Of a stretch of DNA of 64,000 nt, positions 1 through 11,115 are shown piece after piece; within the stretch, counting starts at the first letter, position 1, and every line of letters starts with the position of its first letter. The notes under the pieces are model-generated. The model did not search any database. It had not been told where the DNA came from and saw only the letters and a list, made by a program, of their open reading frames with translations. Source of the stretch: Diplonema japonicum (Eukaryota > Protista > Euglenozoa: Diplonemea). The position numbers and the translations under genes are program-made. Location of the stretch: assembly GCA_964019335.1 (NCBI GenBank), contig OZ025665.1, forward strand, positions 372,001 to 436,000, read 5' to 3'.

Positions 1-58
1 TGTGGCAGGCAACAGAGTCACCTGCTGCTTGGGGTTTGCTTTGTCAAACTATATTACC

Positions 59-1306
59 TTAGTTCGCAGGCAGCCCCACTTTTTCACGGAGGTCTTGCTC
101 CATTTTCCTGAGCACCTTTGTGTGTTCCACCAACGTAGCTATTGTGTTGAGCGGTATGTGTGACGCAGAAGGAAGGTCCATTGAAGGCAGCGAGGCATGG
201 GTGACACCGGGGAGCAGCAACGCCAGCTGCAAGCAGTGCATTGAGAAGTCCAACCACCTGTCAACGGCAGACTGCATGCATCTTAGAAAAACAGCGTTCT
301 CGCCGTGTGCCAACTTGTCCTTCTCATGGTACTGCGTGATGTATGTAATGTTGGAAACCAGTAAAGGTGCCTTAGCTTGCTGGATTAGGTGTAGCAGCCC
401 GTTAGTCAGCACTGACTCATTGATGTTGTCCTCGGCAGGCATTTTCCCCATGGAGACGAGGTTCACGATCCTGCAGCAGTTGGACATGCAGATCAGTTTG
501 TCGAAAGGCGACTTGTAGTCGTTGACCGCTTGCAGCTGCTGGATGGCCTCGTGCCACCTAGGGTGGTTGCAGGCATTGGTTACAGGAAGCACGTGCGGGC
601 TAGGGTTGGCATCGTACTCACGGAACTTTCTCTGAATTTCTTGGTCCCTGCTGTACACATCTTCTGCCCTGCCGAAGATATGCGGGTGGACTTTGCACAG
701 GACGTATTTCTCCATCCCTTCTTTAGCATGGGTAAGCTCTTCGTCAGAAGCCTCTGCCCATAAGGAGTTCAACTGCAGCTCTTTAAAAATATCATCGAGG
801 AAAGAAGACACACGGTTTGGTAGCGCAGCTTGAAACTCTCTATCGCCTGACCCTTTCTCTTGCGCCTCCATCCCGATTGTGCTTATGAACCGTTTGATCG
901 ACCGTACCAGAGGCATAGCCTTCGCATCCTTCATCTTTGCTATGAAGGATTTATATCTGACGTCCTTCGCACCGCCAACTTGTTCTGTCGCTACCACAAG
1001 GGATCTTACTAGGATTTGTCGCCCGCCGACTGTGATGGTCTCTTCTTCTCTGGTGAGGACCTTCTTTTCGCAGTCCTTGAGCATGATTCGGCTCTTGTCT
1101 CCGTTCCACGTTCCTTCCCCGGTCCCATCGAGGTATCTTAGCCCTTTTGTGTCTTCTTGTAGCACACGCTTTCCGATGTTCTCCACCGTTATCTTCTCAG
1201 AAGAGTCCTTTTCTTTTATCAGATACCATTTCTTGTTTGGGTCTTGCTTGAGGTTCAGCAGGATATCCTGCAATACTTCGTCACTCTCAAGTTCGGGCAG
1301 GGGCAT
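59..1306 (-). CDS. VPS9-domain protein (Rab5 GEF, Rabex-5/VPS9-like)
   Basis: Helical bundle (WAEASDEELTHAKEGMEKYVLCKVH) then VPS9 core (AIQQLQAVNDYKSPFDKLICM...LVSNITYITQY). Start set at ATG 1306 (MPLPELE); the upstream part of the ORF is homopolymer read-through. Confidence 0.8.
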   Translation of the reverse strand: MPLPELESDEVLQDILLNLKQDPNKKWYLIKEKDSSEKITVENIGKRVLQEDTKGLRYLDGTGEGTWNGDKSRIMLKDCEKKVLTREEETITVGGRQILVRSLVVATEQVGGAKDVRYKSFIAKMKDAKAMPLVRSIKRFISTIGMEAQEKGSGDREFQAALPNRVSSFLDDIFKELQLNSLWAEASDEELTHAKEGMEKYVLCKVHPHIFGRAEDVYSRDQEIQRKFREYDANPSPHVLPVTNACNHPRWHEAIQQLQAVNDYKSPFDKLICMSNCCRIVNLVSMGKMPAEDNINESVLTNGLLHLIQQAKAPLLVSNITYITQYHEKDKLAHGENAVFLRCMQSAVDRWLDFSMHCLQLALLLPGVTHASLPSMDLPSASHIPLNTIATLVEHTKVLRKMEQDLREKVGLPAN

Positions 1307-1391
1307 TGCTGTGTTGGTATAGAGGGAGAGAGGAGGGGAAAGGGGGGGGGGTACGATGACTTTAAAAAAAAAAAAAAGCAAAAGAACTTTT

Positions 1392-1685
1392 TCAATTTGT
1401 TTTCTCTTCGAGTATTTTGGTCACGATGCCTCCGATCCGGCCTAGTGACACGCTTTGTAAGTTTTGCATATCTTGCATTTTGCTCATTGTCTGTCGGATC
1501 TCTCTTGCTGCTTGCAGCACCTCTTGGTGGGTGTGCGCCATCATCTCCTGCCGTATTATTGTAATCAAAAACAACACCGCCAGCACAGTCACTGCGAAGG
1601 AGAGCAACGCCGTCATCTTCTGTGCTTTTTCAGAGCTCGCTGCAACCTTTTTTAAGGCGCTGGACTCAGGCATGTCCCCACCCAT
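1392..1685 (-). CDS. Small single-pass membrane protein with coiled coil, unknown function (~97 aa)
   Basis: MGGDMPESS... with hydrophobic stretch ALLSFAVTVLAVLFLITII followed by an amphipathic helix; coding-like composition between homopolymer tracts. Confidence 0.6.
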   Translation of the reverse strand: MGGDMPESSALKKVAASSEKAQKMTALLSFAVTVLAVLFLITIIRQEMMAHTHQEVLQAAREIRQTMSKMQDMQNLQSVSLGRIGGIVTKILEEKTN

Positions 1686-2073
1686 TTCTGTGGCAACAGG
1701 ATCAGCAAGGAAGGGATGAAGGAGAAAAAAAAAATAACGCTTAAAACACAAAGAGAGCGAACCAAAAGAAAAAAAAAGGAGGGTGGCTGGGGGGGGGGGG
1801 GGGGTGAAATGGAACAGACAGGATGCGTAGGTAGGGCGGGAGATCCAATTATTTTCTTTCCCCCTCTTTCTTTTTAAAAAAAAAAACTTTTGCACAGTTT
1901 TTGGAGAAAAGAACGAAGAAGGGAAAAAAGAAAAAAAAAAAACGAAACAAAAGAAAAGAGGAGAGAAAAAAAAAAAACTGCGCAACCAACTCCGTTTATA
2001 TGTTAAAAGAGGAACTGGCAAACTTTGCCAAAACGTTCCCCTTTTTGTTCAGACAAGTCAGAAACTCGTTCTT

Positions 2074-2108
<35 letters not shown>

Positions 2109-2290
2109 GCCTCTCCCCCCTTTCCCTGTGTATCTTTAAAGTGCATCGCAACACACTTAAAGGAATAATTTGGAATGGGTGGTAGTTAGAAGGGGGGGTA
2201 TGTTTTCTTTCTTTCTTTCTTTCTTTAACCCTTCATTCTTCCTCTTTCTCCCCCCCCCCCCCCCTCCCCCCCATGTTTCCCATGTTACAT

Positions 2291-2359
2291 TCATTTCAGC
2301 CATTTGAAGTAAATTACCAATGAAATAGCTATCGTAAGTATAGCAATGATTACAAACTG

Positions 2360-2394
<35 letters not shown>

Positions 2395-3053
2395 CGCACA
2401 CCTGCATCATCTTGCTGTATACCATTGTTCGCTTAATTCCACTGATGATAATTCTCGACCGCGACACGTCCTCCCTGATCCCTTCAGTCTTGAAGAATGT
2501 ATGTTGTCATTTTTTCCCCTCCCTTCCATACCTTGTCTATTATTGTAACCATCGTCTCCCTCTGGCTCCTTAAAGAGTTTATTGTGTTGTGGCCTAGTCT
2601 TTCTGTGTCGGCAGCTATTTGTTCAGATCTGTCAAGAGAAGCGTTTTGTGAATGGAGCATTCGTGAGGTTGAGACTGCTTTGGTGCGTTGCTCTGTCATC
2701 TCAAACCCGTCCTCATCCTCGTTCATGTGAGTTTTCATTTCGCTGAAAAGTTTTTCTTTTTTCGCGTCAAGCCTGTCCATCCTCGACAGGTCCCGTTCGA
2801 GCATTCTCACGGATTTCCTCCCGTTTGCCAGTTTCCGTCTCCAGACCCCTCTTTCTTCCCCGTTTCGAATCTCGGGTATCGCTATCTCTGCTGCTTTCAA
2901 CTGACGCATGGTCCCCTTTATCTCCTGCTTCACCTTGGCCATCGCTTGCTGGTGTTCCTCAGTGTGCGCCTTAGTGCGAAACTCCTCCATCGCCTCCTCC
3001 GCACTCCGCAACATATTCTCAAATTCGTCATATTCAACCTCTACTGTTGTCAT
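2291..3053 (-). CDS. VTI1: Vti1-like Qb-SNARE, 3 exons (224 aa)
   Basis: Exons 3053-2532, 2488-2402, 2356-2291; GT-AG introns 2489-2531 (43 nt) and 2357-2401 (45 nt). Splicing completes the SNARE motif (SLDRSEQIAADTERLGHNTINSLRSQRE..TEGIREDVSRSRII) and adds a C-terminal TM helix FVIIAILTIAISLVIYFKWLK*. Confidence 0.85.
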
Positions 3054-3330
3054 TTTTATTTATTTATTTTTTTTTATTTTCCCGTTTGTGTACAGCCCCC
3101 TTTTTCTTTCTCTCTCTTTTTTTCTTCTTCTTTTCCGAGCGGGAAGAACATAAAAAAAAAAAAAAAACTTTTAAAAAAAAAAGACGCCGTATGCACACAT
3201 ACACACTCTCAATTTTTTTTTTTCCCCCCCTTCTTCTTTTCAAGCGTTAAAAAATTCAAAAACAGGGCGCCACCAACACTGGCCTCCTTTATTTATTCTT
3301 ATTTTTAATTTTTTTTTTTTTTTTTTTTTT

Positions 3331-4179
3331 TCAAGCGTCAAAATCCTTGTGCATGTTCCTCAGAACAGCGTCGAACTCTTTTTTCCCCACCAGCGCTTTC
3401 CCACACCCGAGCTTCTCCTGAAACCTCGCAAGGCGGTCGGCAGTGTCCGCAACGACCTTGCTACTAATGCGAGTTATCCTTGATAAATCCCCCCCTGTCG
3501 CCTTCATCATGTCCACCTGCTGTTTACAAGACTTATCAAAACCTTCTGCTGACCACCAAGCCGCGTGCACGGAGGGACCGGTTATGAGACAGCCATGATT
3601 CTCCATAAGAAGTATGTTGTGCTGGCCTAGTGCCGAGACTATCCGGGATTGTTCATCTGGGTCAACGGCGATCCCTTCATATGGGTGTGAAACAGGCGAG
3701 ATTTGAGGGAAAAGAACGGCTGCATTTTGCGTTAGCGGTATGAACTTTTCTGTTGTTGTTGACACGATTATACTTTCCGTTGTGTGATGGTGGATCACAC
3801 AGTGGACATCTGGTCTGGCTTTATGTACTGCACTGTGGATTACCAGACCAGCTAGGTTTATGTCTATGAGGTTCTTGGATCCCGAGTCTAGTACATTTCC
3901 TTCGAAGTCGATTTTTAGCAGGTTGGAGGCAGTGACCTCTTCGTACTTTAGGCCGAAGGGGTTGATGAGCAAAGTGTTCTTCTCACCCGGTATCCGGAGG
4001 GTGATGTGGTTGTAGATTACCTCGTCCCACCCCTTCTTCGCTGCTATCCTGTAAAGTGCGGCCAGTTCCACCCTCGCCTTCCATTCCACCTTGCCGTACT
4101 TCACCTTGTATAACGCTCTCCTCACCTTTTTTCTGTTGTAAATCATGACTAGCATCGTGGTGATGATTACCCATCTCAT
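3331..4179 (-). CDS. Class II aldolase/adducin-head family protein with hydrophobic N-terminus
   Basis: Motifs IYNHITLR, LINPFGLKYEEVTASNLLKID, AGLVIHSAVHKARPDVHCVIHHHT and LMENHG (metal-binding His residues). Confidence 0.9.
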   Translation of the reverse strand: MRWVIITTMLVMIYNRKKVRRALYKVKYGKVEWKARVELAALYRIAAKKGWDEVIYNHITLRIPGEKNTLLINPFGLKYEEVTASNLLKIDFEGNVLDSGSKNLIDINLAGLVIHSAVHKARPDVHCVIHHHTTESIIVSTTTEKFIPLTQNAAVLFPQISPVSHPYEGIAVDPDEQSRIVSALGQHNILLMENHGCLITGPSVHAAWWSAEGFDKSCKQQVDMMKATGGDLSRITRISSKVVADTADRLARFQEKLGCGKALVGKKEFDAVLRNMHKDFDA

Positions 4180-4230
4180 TTTTTTTTTTTTGTTTTATTT
4201 GCCCTGAAGGGATTTAAAGAACGAGGAGGG

Positions 4231-4261
<31 letters not shown>

Positions 4262-4804
4262 CAAAACAAAAAATTTTTAAAAATAAAATACAGAATGGTA
4301 CTGTGCACTCAGTCACAAGCGGGAGGGGTGTGAGGGGGGGTAAAGAAAGAAAAAAAGAAAGAAAGAAAAGGGGAAAAAAAAAAAAGTCAAAAAAGACCTG
4401 ATCTTTTTTTTTTTAATACAGTGAACGAAAAAAAAGGGGGGAGGGGGTTGTGGATTAGAGGGGGGGGCAACACTGAGATGGTAGATTCGCTTTTTTTTTT
4501 TTTTTTTTCCGAAACCTATTTTCTTTTTTTTTTCCAGCAAGGCAGGCCTTCTTAATTCAGTGCTCTTTTTCCCCCCTCACACCACAAAATGTAAAATCTT
4601 TTTTTAGTTATACGCCCCTGCTATTATTCTTTGAGAGGTACAAAGAATTAAGTGGAGGGGTAACCAGTAGTGCTTTAACACTACACTAAGCTTTGAAGTA
4701 ATAAAGTAAAAGTAACAGAAGCAAGAAAGGAAAAAAAAAAGTACCCTCAAAAAAAAAAAAGAAAAAGAAACTGACCAAACCTAAGAATAGAATGAAGAAG
4801 AGAT

Positions 4805-4837
<33 letters not shown>

Positions 4838-5164
4838 ATTCAGGCGCTTATTTATTCGCCCACACCAACGGATTTTTTTATAACAAAAATAAGAAAAACA
4901 CTACCAAAGAGCTATTTTTTTTTTCACCCCTTCCTTCTCTTCTTCTTTTTCTATATAATGCATACCAAAATAAAGAGGCCCTTCGACGAGGGCGCTTTCT
5001 ATTTTTTTTTTTCTTTTTTTTTTTCCCCTTCTTTTTTTAAAAAGCGAAAACAAAGAGAAAATCTCTCTCCCCAATCACTCACACACCTCCTGCAGCAGCA
5101 GGAACAAAAAAAAAAAAAAAAAAAAAACACACTCCCTCCCATCCCCATCTCTTTTTTTTTTTTT

Positions 5165-6142
5165 TCACGCAATGACCTCAGCACTCCCCACAGCGAATGA
5201 TGACAAAACCCACTTCCCACCAGGCATAGGAGTCAACCCAAGGATATAAGCGTTATCCTCTGTGAGATAAGGATCTCCTTTTGCAATATTTGCGTAATCC
5301 GAATGCTGCATCGTCCGTCTGGGTGAGGCACTGGCCCTGGAGGAGTGCACCCAACAGTCAATAATAGTCGCGGTGATGGCAATAAAGAGCGCAGGCTGGG
5401 GCGGGGGCGTCTCATCAACACCATCAAGATCATCATCTATACTACTATTTCTTGCATATTCGGTGTCGTCCTCCACCATCATCCTATTAAACGGAATGAT
5501 ATCTGTGACCATCAAAAGAGACGACCTCGAGGCAAGCCCTTCATACTGTGTCATCAAAGGCTTCACATCTATGTTGTAACATGCTCTTGTACACAGCCTT
5601 TGCAACCGTGAGCGATCCTGGTCCCAAAATGCGTTTAAAAAACAAGGCAGCATGACCTTGCCCACATCGTCTGCAAATGTAGTCTCGTTGTAGTTCGGCT
5701 GGATCTTGTACAGAGCACACGTAGCCTGCTGCTGTGTGTTGCGGTATGTTTCGCCCTTCATGATTTCTTTTAGAAAATTCCATAGTGGTTCTTCTTCTTC
5801 CTTTTCGTGTGTGGGGCCTGTTACGATCACCATTTGCTTTTCTTTCGTGTTCATTATAATTTTCTTAGCGCCGTTGTCCTGGGGTGTCGTCTCCAGAACG
5901 TCCTTCAGCACTGTGGCCGTCACGGATCTATCGGTGTCTTGCCAGTTGTTCTCTTGTCCTGGAACCGGGCACACCATCTTGCACACCTTACTTTCTCGTA
6001 GTTTTCCTAAAGTGCCAGATAGTTTTTCTGCGAGGTTTGTCATTTTGCTCAGCAAGACGGACTCCCTGTCCAGTGCCTCTTTAGAGGGTCTGAGCACATC
6101 GTAAATCACGGTGCATCCCCGTGATGCTAACCGTCTTGCCAT
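5165..6142 (-). CDS. Tim44-like domain protein (probably mitochondrial)
   Basis: Basic presequence-like N-terminus (MARRLASR); segment KIQPNYNETTFADDVGKVMLPCFLNAFWDQDRSRLQRLCT and terminal W-containing strand fit the Tim44 C-terminal fold. Confidence 0.65.
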   Translation of the reverse strand: MARRLASRGCTVIYDVLRPSKEALDRESVLLSKMTNLAEKLSGTLGKLRESKVCKMVCPVPGQENNWQDTDRSVTATVLKDVLETTPQDNGAKKIIMNTKEKQMVIVTGPTHEKEEEEPLWNFLKEIMKGETYRNTQQQATCALYKIQPNYNETTFADDVGKVMLPCFLNAFWDQDRSRLQRLCTRACYNIDVKPLMTQYEGLASRSSLLMVTDIIPFNRMMVEDDTEYARNSSIDDDLDGVDETPPPQPALFIAITATIIDCWVHSSRASASPRRTMQHSDYANIAKGDPYLTEDNAYILGLTPMPGGKWVLSSFAVGSAEVIA

Positions 6143-6728
6143 GTTTGTCTTTGACCCAACCCTGAAGATTTGAAGGGTTACAAGGGGAATTTAAAAAAAA
6201 AAAAAAAAACACACACACTAGAAAGCTCCAACCCCCCGGGAAAAAAAAAGGGGGGGGTGCAAAATGGGCCAGGTTCCTCTCCCAAAAACTTTCTTTTCCC
6301 TTCTTTTTTTTTTTTTTTCCTCTTCTTTTTTTAATTCTTGTGTGGGTGTTAGGGGGGGTTTTTTTTTTTCTTTGTGGAAGGAGGGAAGGAAGGGGGGGAA
6401 AAAAGAAAAAGAAAAACAAAAAAAAAAAAAAAAAAAAACGCTTCATATGTTCTCCAAGTATCCTCCCCTCCCTCCCTCTGCAAGGTGAGGTCAAACCCTC
6501 TATGAAATTACTTCGAAAACGGACCGGTTGGGTTCCGACTTTTTTTCTTTTTTTTTTTTCAAAAAAAAAAAAGTTTTCTCAGCCAGGGGCCTTTCGGAAG
6601 ATATGAGACGCAAGAGAAAAAAAAAAAAAAAAAAACACTGAATTAAAAAAAATAAATCTTTTTTTTTTAAAAAAAAAAGAGGCCCCCCCCCCCCCCCCCC
6701 CTCCTTTTTTTTTCTCCCCCGTTCTTTC

Positions 6729-7640
6729 TTAAGACACAGTGCTATTCAGTGCAGACGCCCACGCAGGCGGATCGCTGGGGTTTGGAGTACTAACAGGTTC
6801 TGCCTGCTGCTCAGCAGGGGGCATGTACGGAAGGGATGCAAGTTCAGGATTGGCCCACTGTTCCCCGCCTACAGGGACTGCAGGCACCGAAGCCGCAGGA
6901 GCAACTGCCTGCTGCACACTTCGCTGCTTGGGGCTAACATAAAACTGCTTTATAATAGGAAGCCTGTCGTCGCCTTGCGTGTGGTTTATAACATGAAGGT
7001 AACCATTGGCCACATCACAACCAAGCGAGGCAGCCCCTGTCATGTCGACCAGCACTTCACGGACGGTGTTCTCAAGGCTGTCGTACAGGAGAAGAAGAAT
7101 TTGGTTGTATTTGTTGTGTTTCTTGTCCTCACGCATTGCGTTCATATATGAGACTCTAGAGTGGAAATCAGTTTTGTCAGAGAACATAGTTGTGTGGAGG
7201 TTGGTGTTGTCGGGAGGGACTCCTTGCATCCCGATTAGGTAATCGCGGCCGCCTATGATGCCAGAGTGTTCCGCAGGGGTGTTTTTTGTTACTTCTGTTA
7301 TGTGCCAAATGTACTCTTGAGCTGCATTGACATTCTCCCAGTTGATGCTGCAGCCTAATAGCCCAACGCCGCCCCATCCAGAAGATGGGGTCAGAGCGAT
7401 GTCTCGGTACCCTCTTGTCTTGGTGCAGTACACGTTGAGCTTGGTAGCCCGTCCCTCGTGTTTTTTTATGTAGTCTCGAAAATCTCCGCTGTTTTCCCGT
7501 GTTAGTTGCACTCCATCAGTTCCTACTATAAAGTCGAAGTAAGGTACTAATCCTGCCTCGTGTGCTGGTGACGATGGTGCTATACTTGCAATCTGAAAGC
7601 CTTCTAGTGTGTCGCCTTCGCTGCTTTGCGTTCCTCCCAT
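6729..7640 (-). CDS. GRASP: GRASP55/65 Golgi reassembly-stacking protein
   Basis: Myristoylation-type start MGGTQS; PSSPAHEAGLVPYFDFIVG, WGGVGLLGCSI and SLGCDVANGYLHVI match the tandem GRASP PDZ domains; Pro-rich tail. Confidence 0.9.
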   Translation of the reverse strand: MGGTQSSEGDTLEGFQIASIAPSSPAHEAGLVPYFDFIVGTDGVQLTRENSGDFRDYIKKHEGRATKLNVYCTKTRGYRDIALTPSSGWGGVGLLGCSINWENVNAAQEYIWHITEVTKNTPAEHSGIIGGRDYLIGMQGVPPDNTNLHTTMFSDKTDFHSRVSYMNAMREDKKHNKYNQILLLLYDSLENTVREVLVDMTGAASLGCDVANGYLHVINHTQGDDRLPIIKQFYVSPKQRSVQQAVAPAASVPAVPVGGEQWANPELASLPYMPPAEQQAEPVSTPNPSDPPAWASALNSTVS

Positions 7641-8026
7641 TTTTTTTTTTTTTTTTTTTGTTTCACTCTCTCCTCGGCCCCTCTCGCTCCGTTTGCCCTT
7701 TTGTTGTTTATTAAATTTGGGGGAAGGGATGGGAGGGGGAAAAAAATACACACTGGGGGGGGAAAAAAAAAGAGAAGAGACTAATCAGGGATAGAGAAGT
7801 GACCCCCCCCCCCCCCCCACTTTCGCAAAAAGCAAAAAGAAAGTATGTCGCTGTTAAAAAAAAAAAAAACCTTCTTTACTATTTTTTATTATTATTATTA
7901 TTATTGCAGAGAATAAAAAAAATAATAATATATGAGGTAAAGGATGTCTTTGTGAGACGCCACCCTTGTTCTCATCCACTACCCCCTCAGAAGCGGTTGT
8001 CTCAGTCTATAATAATTAAAAAAAGA

Positions 8027-8063
<37 letters not shown>

Positions 8064-9489
8064 GTGATCTTTTTTTTTCTAGGATTCCACTCTCCTCCCC
8101 CCACCTTTTTTTCTTTCTTTTTTTTTCCCTCCCCTTAACGAAACGATTTCTTTTTTATTTTATTTTCTCGAGGTGGTATAAAAACAGCGCTTTGTTAATT
8201 ACGCCAAAAGTGCTTCGCTCAGTCGAAGGAAAAAAAAAAAAAAAAAAAAAAAAAAAAGACTTAAGCAACGGTCTGACGAAACATAATCACCCCCCTTCTT
8301 TTTACAATAAGAAAAACAAGGCCAAGGCTTCTTACTTCCTTCTCTCTTTCCATTTTTTTTTTTCATTCTCTTTCTTCTTTTTTTTTTCTCTTTTTCTTTT
8401 GGGTAAAAGAGACTAAAAGACGAAGAAGGAAAAAGAAAAAGAAAAACTCTGAGAGAGAAAAAAAAGATATTTGCAAAAAAACTGCGTTTTGCAGTTTTCG
8501 TTTTTTTTTTTTTTTTTCTCCCTCTCTCTTCTTTCCCCACCCGACAAATCCAGAAAATTCACAAAAAAAAAAAGTTATGATGGGGAAGAATGTTAGAAAC
8601 GACCCATCAAATAATGGAAGGGGGAAAAAAAAGGGGGGGGAGGGCGGGCTCTGCCCAGCCATGGGGATGGATTTTCTTCTTCTTTTTATATTCAAAATGC
8701 AATATGGTGTTTTTTTTTTTTTTTTTTTTTTGTAAAAAAAAGAAATGTTATAAACTTCTACTTCTTCTGTGCCGAGTAAGGGTATACCTCACTATAGGGG
8801 GAAAAACAAAAACTGACTAGTTATAGCCATTTCTTTTTTTTTTTTTCTCTTTACACCGAACGGGGGGAGTGGGGGAGAGAGAGAGAGAGAGTAAGGGACC
8901 GAACAAACCTTAGAATTAAAAAAAAAAAAAAAAAGTTTGAATGAACAGGTATCCCATATCAACAACCACCCTACCCATCAGCCGACTCAACATAACTTCA
9001 ATTGCCTGGCAGGCGCCCCCCACCCCTCCTCGCCTTCACGTGGTGGTAAAATCTTCCACTAGTTGGTAGCTGAGTTACCAGCGATTCGTCAAATAATGGA
9101 AAAAAAAAAACAAAAAAAAACAATGTTATCTCCTCCCCCCCCCCCCCCCCCCCCCCTGCTTTCTATCTTCTTTAATAAGGGTATTGCATCAACAATGACC
9201 CTCCTTTTTTTCTTCGTTTCCCTTACGAGGGTTCCTGCTTTCTTTTTTTTTTTTCCTTGAAAAATACCTTTCCCCAGACCCCCCCAAAAAAAAAGAAAAA
9301 AATACAAACACTCTTTTTTTTTTTCTCTTTTTTTTTTTCTTCTCCGTTTCCCAGAAAAATAGAAATGGAACAAAAAAAAAAAAGAAAAAACAGAACTCTT
9401 CCTTTAAAAAAAACATGTGGGGGGGGGGGGGGGGGATCAGGGTGTTTGCATCAGTATGACACCCTCTCAAAAAAAAAAAATTTTTTTTT

Positions 9490-11115
9490 TTACTTTTCTT
9501 TCTCTTCCACGTTTACCTTTGTAAACACATCAGGAGAGTGGCAGTTGGGAGACCGTATATCGCTTACCACCCCCACCCGAGTAAGCATGTCGGGGTCTGA
9601 AACCCATGTAAAAATGTCGCTGTGCCTCGAAAGAAACCGCATGAGAAGGGAGAACGTGGGGAACAGAGAATCCGTGAATGATTTACAGTTCTTGAGGTGG
9701 TTGAGGAGCTCCTTTTGAGACATCTCACCGTCGGCGAGAACCTTCATCAGAAATTCCTTTACCTCTGTCTCGCCTTTACGTTGTTTCTCGCACCACTGCT
9801 GATCCGTCTCGTGGATCTCTGCAAGAGACTTCGATGCCAGATAAATCCTTGCATGACACCAGTTAATATGCGGTGCCAACCCTCGTTTCTTAATCTCATG
9901 CTCGGCGTAATAAAAGACAATCCATTCCTCCCGGTGGGCTTTTATAAACCACGTCCATGACCCCGCGTAGATCTTCCCCACAACCTTTTCGTAAAGAACC
10001 GATTCCTTCGCTTTGTTGTTGAGGAGGACGGAGTTCAAAGATCCCCCTTTGTTCATACGAGGGTTTTCAAGAACAGCTTTGACTTCTCTTACAAGCTGCT
10101 GTTCTGCAGGAGCGGTCTCTCCCGGGACAACTGGGGAGTGGTATACTGTGATGTGGAATGTCTTTGGGACGAACCTCAAGTAGTACCCGACGTGAGTGTT
10201 CCCGTCGGCTTGTTGCAGAGCGCCCACCCTGAGCTCGTCCTTCTCGCCTTTTGTCCCTGTGACAGCAAGCACAGCTTTGTACTCATACCCATAGGCCGGT
10301 GCACTTGACACTGCGAACAACGAATCTAAAGCAAGGCCGCCGACCTCACCCATGATGTTAACGGTCTCAGCTTCCTTGATGCACGTTACCTTGGTGTTCA
10401 TCTCGGGCAGCCGGCAATTAATGATCTGTGTTCCGTTTATCAAAACCGTGGCGTACTTCCCACCAGCTAACATGTTCTCAGGATATGGATCCACCTCATG
10501 TTCGTACTGATGATGATGATGGTGGTGATGGTGATGGTGATGGTGGTGATGATGATGATGACCATGCCCATAATGTTGTTGTTGGTGTACTCGATATTGA
10601 TACGGGTGCTGGTGGTACTGCCCATGGTGGTGGTGATGGTGATGGTGATGCGGGTAATAGTTCGGCATGAACACCGGCGGGACCGTGGGGGGCTGCATTC
10701 CAAAGTCTTGTTGGTGGTGGTGGTGATGATGAGGATAGTGGTGGTGGTACTGATGGTGAGCCTGCCGTTGAGGTTGGTGCTGCGGCCGCTTTGTATAACC
10801 TCCCATCTGGTTTGATGAAGCTTGTTGTGTGAAAGTGTTTTCAGCAATATCCGGAAGCTTCGGGGGTTCAGGCGTCTCGTCAGGGATGCTGAGGTTCTGC
10901 AAAAGCTTGCTCAGATCACAGTCAAACATATCTGTGGTATCTCGTTTCCGTGCGGGAGGGAGCAGCAAGAAAGGATCTTCAAATACTACATCTTCACCAC
11001 CGTCTGCTTGTCCGTCACCTCCACCTCCAAACAGGCTGAACGTCGCGCCTGTCTTGAACCAGTCCTTGTCCTTCTCTCTGCTTTCTTTGCTGTCTTTACT
11101 CTCATTTGGCTCCAT
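9490..11115 (-). CDS. His/Gln-rich low-complexity protein with globular C-terminal region (possible winged-helix/LOTUS-like domains)
   Basis: 541-aa ORF; poly-His tracts in the N-terminal half, ordered C-terminal half. The domain call is tentative. Confidence 0.7.
   Translation of the reverse strand: MEPNESKDSKESREKDKDWFKTGATFSLFGGGGDGQADGGEDVVFEDPFLLLPPARKRDTTDMFDCDLSKLLQNLSIPDETPEPPKLPDIAENTFTQQASSNQMGGYTKRPQHQPQRQAHHQYHHHYPHHHHHHQQDFGMQPPTVPPVFMPNYYPHHHHHHHHHGQYHQHPYQYRVHQQQHYGHGHHHHHHHHHHHHHHHHHQYEHEVDPYPENMLAGGKYATVLINGTQIINCRLPEMNTKVTCIKEAETVNIMGEVGGLALDSLFAVSSAPAYGYEYKAVLAVTGTKGEKDELRVGALQQADGNTHVGYYLRFVPKTFHITVYHSPVVPGETAPAEQQLVREVKAVLENPRMNKGGSLNSVLLNNKAKESVLYEKVVGKIYAGSWTWFIKAHREEWIVFYYAEHEIKKRGLAPHINWCHARIYLASKSLAEIHETDQQWCEKQRKGETEVKEFLMKVLADGEMSQKELLNHLKNCKSFTDSLFPTFSLLMRFLSRHSDIFTWVSDPDMLTRVGVVSDIRSPNCHSPDVFTKVNVEEKEK
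10507..10760. repeat. TGA/TGG (CAT/CAC) trinucleotide microsatellites encoding poly-His
   Basis: Runs such as tgatgatgatgatggtggtgatggtgatgg visible directly inside the CDS. Confidence 0.9.

Noticed and set aside
4630-4660. Weak resemblance to an LSU rRNA segment; similarly gcatcgat at ~34330 to 5.8S rRNA
   Set aside because: Matches are short and gapped with no flanking rRNA homology. No rRNA, tRNA or SL RNA gene was recognised in the window.
59-7640. Functional cluster of trafficking genes (VPS9, Vti1, GRASP; later TBC and Arf)
   Set aside because: Interspersed with unrelated genes; these are large families, so chance is sufficient.
8940-9090. Complex-sequence island with small hairpins
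   Set aside because: Only short stems, no convincing splice sites or ncRNA motifs; probably UTR.
7799-9470. Numerous K/F/G/P-rich ORFs in spacers (also 4313-5220, 11208-12040, 32676-34527, 35902-36484, 62063-62814)
   Set aside because: Translations of homopolymer runs; the same artefact inflates the N-termini of many real ORFs.
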